DNA from: Elusimicrobiota bacterium
GTDB lineage: Bacteria > Elusimicrobiota > Elusimicrobia > F11
Direction of reading: 5' to 3'
NCBI GenBank assembly: GCA_046153645.1
Contig: JBJXGI010000087.1
Span: 1-25,914, forward strand
Length of the DNA stretch: 25,914 nt
Shown here: one piece after another, positions 1 to 7,193 of the stretch
How positions within the stretch are numbered: the first letter of the stretch is position 1
Layout: every line of letters starts with the position of its first letter
Notes under the pieces: model-generated
Seen by the model: only the letters and a program-made list of their open reading frames with translations
Databases searched by the model: none
What the model was told of the DNA's origin: nothing
Translations under genes and position numbers: made by a program

Positions 1-570
1 CGTGGCGCTTGCCCTATCTCGACTGGCAAAAGCCGCCCAAATCGAGACAAAGTAGTCGACGCTGTTTTTCGTCTCAATGGCACCAAGACCGTCAGCAGCG
101 GCCTTTCCCAGTTTAATCGCCTTGGCTTCACCACGCAGATGGCCGGGGCTCTCACTCGGACCGCTGACCGTCCGACTTATCAGAAATCGATCCTTGGCGT
201 TCCGTTGAAGGTCAGGTATCGACCGCGGACACAGCTAACGAAAATCTCCGCCGAGGAACAGACGCTTCTTGATGTGCTTCGGGACATTGACCATATTCCA
301 GATGCAACGCCCAAGGAAGCGTTGGAGAGGTTCAAGGCATTAATCCGAGACAACAAGATCAACTTGAATCATCTCACTCGTTTCGCGCTAAAGGAACCGC
401 CGCGCGTTCGTGCTCTGCTCGGCGCATTGATTGAAAATCTTTACCCCAACGCTCCGAAAAAAAAGGAATTGGTGGGTCGCCTCAAGAAAAGTTTAAACGA
501 GCTGACGACCTACCGACTTCGAGGGGTCCGCGAGGCATTGCCCACTGCAGATCATTGGGGTTTTAAGTAA
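1..570 (+). CDS. DUF6088-like / AbiEi-type antitoxin, 5'-truncated by the window edge and possibly frameshifted near nt 25-35
   Basis: Frame 1 is open from base 1 to 570 and reads ...SGLSQFNRLGFTTQMAG..., like the DUF6088 'N.LGLTTQ' motif. It also has 'LLDVLRDIDHIPD' and 'EPPRVRALLGALIE'. It lies 10 bp upstream of an AbiEii toxin. The ORF-track ATG139 is probably internal. Confidence 0.7.
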   Translation, partial: RGACPISTGKSRPNRDKVVDAVFRLNGTKTVSSGLSQFNRLGFTTQMAGALTRTADRPTYQKSILGVPLKVRYRPRTQLTKISAEEQTLLDVLRDIDHIPDATPKEALERFKALIRDNKINLNHLTRFALKEPPRVRALLGALIENLYPNAPKKKELVGRLKKSLNELTTYRLRGVREALPTADHWGFK

Positions 571-580
571 AATTGCCCCA

Positions 581-1549
581 ATGATTTTTCTCGCAAACCA
601 TCCGGATTTCTTAACTTTCGTTGGCAACACGGCCGCCGAGATCAAGCTCCCCGAAGAACTTGTTATCAAGGACTATTGGGTGACGGCTGTTCTACGAGTG
701 CTTGCCACCAGCGATGAATTGACAGGGAAAATCATTTTCAAAGGTGGCACCAGCCTTTCCAAGGGCTGGCATCTCATTGACCGGTTTTCCGAAGACATTG
801 ATATTTTGACGACCGGCCCCGACTTTGGCGCGCCTTATGAGAAACGTAGCCAGCGCGAAAAACTTTTGAAAAAAGTTCGTGACCTGATCCTTCAACAAAC
901 TCCACTTCAAATTCCTGATTTGCATGACCCTGATTACTATCTTATGGATGGCCATCGGTATTACGCGAAGATTCATTTTGCGTGGCCACAGGGAGATAAA
1001 GACACCGTTTTTCTGGAAATGGGATTTCGCGGCGGACCCAATCCTCATTCAAAGGTAGCTATCAATTCGTTCATTGGTGATCACATTCTTAAGTTGGACA
1101 AATCTGTCCAAGACGCGCTGGGTAAATGGGCAGAAGATTTCACACCCTTCACGATGGATTTATTGGAGCCCTCGCAAACATTCGTAGAAAAATTGCTCTA
1201 CCTCCACACCGCTGTTCCCAAAAAGGTGGAAGACGTTCGGACGCGTCACCTTTATGACATCGTCAGTATTTTTGAGTCACACTCAAACATTCCTGACCTC
1301 CTTCAATCCGGAGGATATAAAGAGCAACTTCGGAACGCCGTAGAAATCAGCAACCGGTGGTATGGAACCACACTCGATGCCGACGCCATCGATTTTAAGA
1401 GCAGCCCCATTCTGAATTTGACGGAAGGGCAAGCGGATGTACTGGCTTCGAGTTATAAGCGAGAGGGATTGCTGTATTTTCGAGGTCAGAAACCTTTCTC
1501 CGAGCTCTTAAAAGGGTTGGAAAAAATTAAACGAAAGCTTAAAGTTTAA
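581..1549 (+). CDS. abiEii: AbiEii/AbiGii-family nucleotidyltransferase toxin (type IV TA)
   Basis: Family motifs KDYWV, FKGGTSLSK, RFSEDID, TFVEK and RHLYDI. Confidence 0.9.
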   Translation: MIFLANHPDFLTFVGNTAAEIKLPEELVIKDYWVTAVLRVLATSDELTGKIIFKGGTSLSKGWHLIDRFSEDIDILTTGPDFGAPYEKRSQREKLLKKVRDLILQQTPLQIPDLHDPDYYLMDGHRYYAKIHFAWPQGDKDTVFLEMGFRGGPNPHSKVAINSFIGDHILKLDKSVQDALGKWAEDFTPFTMDLLEPSQTFVEKLLYLHTAVPKKVEDVRTRHLYDIVSIFESHSNIPDLLQSGGYKEQLRNAVEISNRWYGTTLDADAIDFKSSPILNLTEGQADVLASSYKREGLLYFRGQKPFSELLKGLEKIKRKLKV

Positions 1550-1550
1550 G

Positions 1551-2240
1551 CTAGGAAAACAGCGATTTCTCTTCAGCGGCCGGCTGGATGCACTCCTCAG
1601 ACTTTTCCCTCGAAGAATTTACCACCGATGAAACCTGATAAAAATCCATCTCGTCAGCAGAATAAGGTTTCAACAGGGGCAAAAGAGTTTTGGGTTCGGT
1701 TACGTGGGGCGACATCCATAGGCCTTCATCCTCTCGCTTAAGGATTACCGGCATCCGGTTGTGAATCGCACCCACAAGTTGGTTCGGTTCTGTGGTTACA
1801 ATTGCGATTGATTCAATTTCGTTCCCATCCGGCCGGCGCCACCGGTCCCAAAGTCCAGCCATCGAGAATAGCTCGTGGTTTTTCATCACAATCCGATGAG
1901 GAATTTTCTGCGTGCCGGCTCTCTTCCACTCAAAGAATCCATCCGTCGGAATTAAGCACCGCCGCTTACGAAAAGACTCTCGAAAGGCCGGGAGCTTATC
2001 CACCGTCTCTGCGCGCGCGTTTAAGCACTTCACACCAATCTTCGGGTCTTTTGACCAGCTGGGTATGAGGCCAAAGAACATTCGCCGGAGGACTCTTTTA
2101 CCATTGTCTTCAACGACGACGTAGACCGGATCGGTAGGCGAAATGTTGTAATCCGGCAGCATTTCGATGACGGGGCCTGTGATGAAGTACCGTCTTTCTA
2201 ATGCCTTGAGGTCACTAACGCGTGAGAATCGAGTGCACAT
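1551..2240 (-). CDS. SOS response-associated peptidase (SRAP/YedK/HMCES family; abasic-site crosslinking protein)
   Basis: N-terminal MC (catalytic Cys2), YNISPT, GLIPSW, NARAET, RRCLIP..GFFEW and IHNRMPVIL. Confidence 0.93.
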   Translation of the reverse strand: MCTRFSRVSDLKALERRYFITGPVIEMLPDYNISPTDPVYVVVEDNGKRVLRRMFFGLIPSWSKDPKIGVKCLNARAETVDKLPAFRESFRKRRCLIPTDGFFEWKRAGTQKIPHRIVMKNHELFSMAGLWDRWRRPDGNEIESIAIVTTEPNQLVGAIHNRMPVILKREDEGLWMSPHVTEPKTLLPLLKPYSADEMDFYQVSSVVNSSREKSEECIQPAAEEKSLFS

Positions 2241-2287
2241 AGGGTAATTCTACGAAATCCCCAGAAAAACAAACCTTTCCCATCGAC

Positions 2288-2427
2288 TGGCATACACTTG
2301 GCATACAGCCAGCGCGAATGGCATACAATTCGGAGCCGGTTTCCGAATGACTGGCATACGTTTTGGCATACAGTGGGGATCGTTATTGTCCTTCATTGCT
2401 CGTTATCGCTGGGGATGCTGTATGCCA
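2288..2427. repeat. TGGCATAC(A) repeat cluster: 5 direct copies and 1 inverted copy (putative tyrosine-integrase arm sites)
   Basis: TGGCATACA at 2288, 2299, 2319 and 2364; TGGCATACG at 2352; inverted TGTATGCCA at 2419-2427. Confidence 0.8.
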
Positions 2428-2597
2428 GAAAAAGCGCCCACAGTCGTTTTTCGGCTCTCGAATCACTCTGGGTTTTGGCCGATGCGCGCGTCGGATTCGA
2501 GGCAATTTATCGTCGATGAAACGTTTTCTCGACGGAAAATTTTGTGGTCAAACTTTGCTGGAGATTCGGAGCGGGGTTTTTCTGAGGAGTTATTGCA

Positions 2598-2852
2598 CTA
2601 CGTGCCGCTTGCGGGACGAGGAATCATCGTAATCGCATCCCACGGACAAATTTTCATACAAAGAGTGCATCCGGTACAAGTGTTATTGTCGACAATGACA
2701 TGGGAAGTGGCGGGGTCTTCGCTTTTTCTAACCAGACAGGCTTCATGAGGAGAAACAGCGATACATGCTTCACAACCTGTGCATTGGTCATAATTAACAA
2801 AAGCAATTTTCGATGATTTTCTTACCTGTGGTTTTGCGGGGGTTTCGGCCAT
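2598..2852 (-). CDS. Dicluster [4Fe-4S] ferredoxin-like protein
   Basis: Motifs CTGCEACIAVSP and CTGCTLCMKICP, followed by WDAI. Confidence 0.88.
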   Translation of the reverse strand: MAETPAKPQVRKSSKIAFVNYDQCTGCEACIAVSPHEACLVRKSEDPATSHVIVDNNTCTGCTLCMKICPWDAITMIPRPASGT

Positions 2853-2971
2853 GATTAATTTTTATATCTCCCAAAAATTTTTCTAAGTATAACAAAATAA
2901 TAACCTGGGGATATTCCCCCCACCAGACAAATTAGCTATAAAGCTTGGCACTTATATATCAGGAGACCACC

Positions 2972-3817
2972 ATGAATAAAATACAATTACTCACAGAACG
3001 ATACACCGACCTTATTATTTCCTATGCCCCAAAATTAGCTTCAGCTTTGGCTGTTTTTATTGTTGGTCTGTGGATCACCAATTTAATAACCAAAATCGTC
3101 TCCAATATTATGTTGAAACGAAATCTCGATGGATCTCTCCAATCTTTTTTAAGCAGCTTACTTAGCGTGAGTTTAAAAGTACTTCTCTTAGTCACGGTAG
3201 CAGGAATGCTGGGTCTTCAAACAACTTCTTTTGTGGCTGTCATTGGTGCTGCGGGCTTGGCAGTGGGATTGGCTCTCCAAGGGTCACTTTCAAACTTTGC
3301 CGGAGGCGTTTTGATATTGGTGTTTAAACCTTTTAAAGTAGGCGATCTTATTGAATCCAATGGTCAGTTTGGAGAGGTCAAAGAAATTCAGATTTTTAAC
3401 ACTGTTATTTTAACCCCTGAAAACAAAACGGTTATTCTGGCCAATTCAGCTGTTTCTAATGGAACTCTTATTAATTATTCAAGACATGGAAACCTTCGAA
3501 TTGATTTAACCATGACCATTGCCGCAAATATGAGTGTTATAAAAGCAAAACAAATCGCGATGAACGTTCTGACAAACCATCCCAAAATTTTAAAAGACCC
3601 GGCCCCCACAGTCAACGTTCTTGGTATTGGAGCCGGTGGAGCCGTCACATTGGCTGTTCGTCCCTATGCCACCCCCGCTGATTACTGGACAGTTTATTTT
3701 GATGGTTATGAATTATTAAAGAAAGCTTTTGATGAACAAGGAATTGAAGGGCCCATTCCTCATCAAGTTATTATTCAAAAACAAGAAGTTCTCAATGGGT
3801 CGCCCAGCGTTCATTAA
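2972..3817 (+). CDS. mscS: Small-conductance mechanosensitive channel
   Basis: GAAGLAVGLALQGSLSNFAGGVLIL..KPFKVGD. An AGGAG RBS at 2961-2965 supports ATG2972 over TTG2945. Confidence 0.93.
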   Translation: MNKIQLLTERYTDLIISYAPKLASALAVFIVGLWITNLITKIVSNIMLKRNLDGSLQSFLSSLLSVSLKVLLLVTVAGMLGLQTTSFVAVIGAAGLAVGLALQGSLSNFAGGVLILVFKPFKVGDLIESNGQFGEVKEIQIFNTVILTPENKTVILANSAVSNGTLINYSRHGNLRIDLTMTIAANMSVIKAKQIAMNVLTNHPKILKDPAPTVNVLGIGAGGAVTLAVRPYATPADYWTVYFDGYELLKKAFDEQGIEGPIPHQVIIQKQEVLNGSPSVH

Positions 3818-3819
3818 AC

Positions 3820-5148
3820 ATGAACGTTGTCATTATTGGTTGCGGTCCGGCAGGAGAAGCCGCTGCCAAAACTTTACGAAAGCTCTCAAAAAGCCAACCC
3901 GATCAAAATTTTTCAATTACCATTATTGAAAAAGAACAAGCGGGTGGTTTGTGTCTTAATAAAGGATGTATCCCCTCCAAAACTTTACTTGAACAAGTTC
4001 ATGGTTTAAGCAAACTTGGCCTTCCCATTCATTGGGACAATCTTCAGCAAAAGAAAAATGAAGTGGTTGATGGCATTCGTTCGCAACTGGAAACATCTCT
4101 TAAAACGTTAAAAATTAATGTGGTCTATGGAACCGCTCGTTTTATTTCCCCTCAAGAAATTGAAGTTGAAAACTTAAGTGGCAAACAAACACTCCATTTT
4201 GATAAAGCCATTATCGCAACTGGGACAGAATCAATTTTTCCTCCCCCTCTTGATCAATTTCGTGATGAACTTCTCACCAGCGATGAAATGCTTGATGTTT
4301 CTCGAACCCCAAAATCAGTCATTATTGTAGGAGGAGGCGCTATTGGTTGCGAATTTGCTTGCCTTTTACATGCGGCCGGGTCAGATGTCACAATCATTGA
4401 ACTAAAAAACCAATTATTACCAGGAGAAGATTTAGCCATTGCCCAAGCCTTACAAAAAAATTATGAAACGCGTGGCATTAAAGTTATTACTGAAACAAAA
4501 GTATCCGCTGTTCAAAAGCTCGACAAAGGCTGGCAAGTAACACTATTAAACGGCCTTCAGCTTGAAGCCAGAGAAATTTTAGTCAGTGTCGGACGTTCCC
4601 CCAATCATACAGCACTTCAATTGGAATTAGCCCACATTGAAATGAACGGAAAAATTCCAAAACTCAATGAATATCTTCAAACCTCTCATCCACATATATA
4701 CGTCGCTGGTGATGCCGGAACAACGCGCCTCGCCCATGCCGCCGCCGCGCAAGGAGAAGCCATTGCCGCTCATATTTTAGGTGGCAAGGAAAAATATGAC
4801 GACCGTTTTGTACCACGATGTCTTTATAGTTGGCCAGAAGTTGCCAGTGTTGGGAGTTGGAAATATGAATGTGAAGAAAAAAATGAACCCGTCAAAACAA
4901 CCCGCGCTTTTTTTAAAGGCTCAGCCAAAGCGCTGGCCAGCGGCGACAGTGAAGGGTTCGTTCAAATCGTTTTAAATCCAGACACCGGAAAAATTCTGGG
5001 TGCCCAAATTATTGGCCCTCATGCCACAGAACTTATTCATATTTTTTCAGTGGCACTCAAGACTGAAATGAATATCACTCAATTAAGTTCCGTTATGTTT
5101 GCTCATCCAACCTTAAGTGAAGTTTTAAAAGACGCCGCAAAAAAGTAG
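3820..5148 (+). CDS. lpdA: Dihydrolipoyl dehydrogenase (E3 / glycine cleavage L protein)
   Basis: GxGPAG FAD motif, GGLCLNKGCIPSK redox disulfide, GGGAIGCE NAD motif and C-terminal HPTLSE. Confidence 0.9.
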   Translation: MNVVIIGCGPAGEAAAKTLRKLSKSQPDQNFSITIIEKEQAGGLCLNKGCIPSKTLLEQVHGLSKLGLPIHWDNLQQKKNEVVDGIRSQLETSLKTLKINVVYGTARFISPQEIEVENLSGKQTLHFDKAIIATGTESIFPPPLDQFRDELLTSDEMLDVSRTPKSVIIVGGGAIGCEFACLLHAAGSDVTIIELKNQLLPGEDLAIAQALQKNYETRGIKVITETKVSAVQKLDKGWQVTLLNGLQLEAREILVSVGRSPNHTALQLELAHIEMNGKIPKLNEYLQTSHPHIYVAGDAGTTRLAHAAAAQGEAIAAHILGGKEKYDDRFVPRCLYSWPEVASVGSWKYECEEKNEPVKTTRAFFKGSAKALASGDSEGFVQIVLNPDTGKILGAQIIGPHATELIHIFSVALKTEMNITQLSSVMFAHPTLSEVLKDAAKK

Positions 5149-5149
5149 G

Positions 5150-5947
5150 ATGCAAGAGCAAACGCCCCCTTCACCATTCGCGGTTATCCTAGAAAAATCA
5201 TTAGAAGTGCCACTTGAAGTATTAGCGCAAGTGTTAGCAAAATTCAATCACGAACCTCTTCAAGATGCCACCAGAAAAGCAAACCACGCCTGGGGAATTA
5301 TCGCAGAAAACTTAAATGAAATTGAATGCAACACCCTTATAGATTTACTTCATCAAACAAATTTAAAAGGAATAAAAATTCCTCAGGAAAAATTACCTAT
5401 TTTCCCACCAGCCTTCACTTTTCTTCATTTAAGTTTTTTAGATTCTGGAATAAAGGGAATAAATGACCAAGGAACCGAATTTTCATTTCAATGGGACGAA
5501 ATAAATATTATTTCTGCAGCAGCCCTTAAAACTTCTCATGAAAAGAAAATGACACTCAAAGAAGGGCCCAGCAATACTCAAAAAATGTTGAGCATGGGAA
5601 TTATGATGGCAACCGGACTTCCGATATCTATTGGCGGAAAAACCAAAAAGACTGAAAAAACCATTTCACAAAATGAAACTTCATTTTTGCTTGAAGTCAT
5701 ATTAAAAGCCCCTTTGCGAAGGCTTCATATTTGGGCGGACCGCTTAAACTATTCATTTTTAAAAGAAAAAATGGTTTATGACCAACTTGGAAATTTTAAA
5801 TTGTTTATTAAAGAAGTTATTTCTAAAAACCAACAGGCAAAAACCAATAAAGGAATAAAAATCCTTTTGGCCAATCAACCGATAACAACAATGGGATATG
5901 AATCCCTGACTGACCTAGAACAAGAAGGCCGCTGGCTTAACTATTAA
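5150..5947 (+). CDS. Hypothetical protein (265 aa)
   Basis: Long ORF starting 1 bp after the lpdA stop, with one Gly-rich hydrophobic segment. No family recognised. Confidence 0.75.
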   Translation: MQEQTPPSPFAVILEKSLEVPLEVLAQVLAKFNHEPLQDATRKANHAWGIIAENLNEIECNTLIDLLHQTNLKGIKIPQEKLPIFPPAFTFLHLSFLDSGIKGINDQGTEFSFQWDEINIISAAALKTSHEKKMTLKEGPSNTQKMLSMGIMMATGLPISIGGKTKKTEKTISQNETSFLLEVILKAPLRRLHIWADRLNYSFLKEKMVYDQLGNFKLFIKEVISKNQQAKTNKGIKILLANQPITTMGYESLTDLEQEGRWLNY

Positions 5948-6031
5948 AATTCTAAAGCGTCATTTCTTGGTATTATTTTTTAAATAAATGCTGTTCATTA
6001 TGCTTATAATAAGTAAAAATTGAGGCGCAAA

Positions 6032-7186
6032 ATGGAACTAATACGGCGTTTTCTTCAACCCTCTCAACAAAGCTTTTTCCTTTTTGGTCCCCGAGGAACA
6101 GGAAAATCAACCTGGGTACAAACAACTTTTCCGAAAGCCCATCATATTAATCTACTAGAACCTGATGTTTTCCGTCGGTTATCATCCCATCCTGAACATT
6201 TAAAAGAATTAGTTGAAGCCAATTTGGGCAGAAAATCGTTTCTCATTGATGAAGTTCAAAAAATTCCTCAACTTCTGGGTTTGGTGCATTATTTGATTGA
6301 AAAATATCCGCAGATTCAATTTATATTGACCGGATCAAGTGCGCGAAAACTAAAAAAAACAGGGGTCGATTTACTAGCAGGGCGGGCCGTTCTTAAATAC
6401 ATGCATCCTTTTATAGCCTCAGAACTGAGAGAAAAATTTTCACTGAACAAAGCTTTAGATCAAGGACTTATCCCTCTGGTTTATCAGTCCCAAAATCCCG
6501 CAGAGACATTAAAAGCCTACCTGGCCCTATATATTCGAGAAGAAGTACAAATGGAAGGGCTCACCAGAAACATGGGAAATTTTCATCGATTCCTGGAAAC
6601 AATTGTATTTTCACACGGCTCAATATTGAATACCAACAATATTTCCAGAGAATCTGAGGTTAATAGAAAAACAGTAGATGATTATCTTTCTATTTTAGAA
6701 GATCTCATGATTGGGTTTCGTCTTTATGTTTTCACAAAAAAAACCAAACGCGAAACAATCACCCATCCAAAATTTTACTTATTCGATTCAGGTGTGTATC
6801 AGCACCTACGAACTCAAGGACCCTCGGATATTATTGAGCAATCTCAAGGATTGGCCTTAGAAGGCCTGGTGGCCCAACACTTACGCGCCTGGAAAGATTA
6901 TTCATTAGATAAGCACGATTTGTTTTACTGGCGAACGCGACATGGTGTAGAAGTTGATTTTGTTATTTATGGAAAAAAAGGTTTTTGGGCCATTGAAGTA
7001 AAAAACTCAAAAAAAGTGCGGCCAGAAGATTTGAAAGGGCTTCATGCTTTTTCAGAGGAATTTCCTGACTGTAAACCACTTCTACTTTACCGTGGGAAAG
7101 ATCGAATTAAAAAGAATCACATTCTTTGCATGCCCATCGAAAATTTTCTATTGCAACTCAAACCTGACCAATCCCTCCCTGAATAA
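6032..7186 (+). CDS. AAA_14 / DUF4143 ATPase with C-terminal PD-(D/E)xK-like domain
   Basis: GPRGTGKST Walker A, IDEVQK Walker B, LTGSS, LAGR, PKFYLFDSG and YWRT..GVEVDFV..IEVK. A GAGG RBS precedes ATG6032. Confidence 0.9.
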   Translation: MELIRRFLQPSQQSFFLFGPRGTGKSTWVQTTFPKAHHINLLEPDVFRRLSSHPEHLKELVEANLGRKSFLIDEVQKIPQLLGLVHYLIEKYPQIQFILTGSSARKLKKTGVDLLAGRAVLKYMHPFIASELREKFSLNKALDQGLIPLVYQSQNPAETLKAYLALYIREEVQMEGLTRNMGNFHRFLETIVFSHGSILNTNNISRESEVNRKTVDDYLSILEDLMIGFRLYVFTKKTKRETITHPKFYLFDSGVYQHLRTQGPSDIIEQSQGLALEGLVAQHLRAWKDYSLDKHDLFYWRTRHGVEVDFVIYGKKGFWAIEVKNSKKVRPEDLKGLHAFSEEFPDCKPLLLYRGKDRIKKNHILCMPIENFLLQLKPDQSLPE

Positions 7187-7193
7187 AAACCCT

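Larger units (their letters stand above)
1..2600. mobile_element. Probable right end of an integrative element / genomic island
   Basis: Visibly higher GC than the rest of the window, accessory cargo (TA pair, SRAP), and clustered 9-bp repeats at 2288-2427. No integrase is visible in the window. Confidence 0.6.

Noticed and set aside
2288..2427. CRISPR array
   Set aside because: Repeats are only 9 bp with irregular 2-47 bp gaps, and no cas genes are present.
2430..2600. tRNA or tRNA fragment as att site
   Set aside because: No cloverleaf or convincing T-arm/CCA end found on either strand (only an isolated GGATTCGA).
2298..2748. Overlapping ORFs 2298-2519, 2347-2748 and 2363-2632
   Set aside because: They cross the repeat cluster and the antisense strand of the ferredoxin, have no recognisable motifs, and are probably spurious.
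2907..2919. GGGGA-TAT-TCCCC hairpin between ferredoxin and mscS
   Set aside because: Only a 5-bp stem, no U-tract, and no riboswitch consensus.
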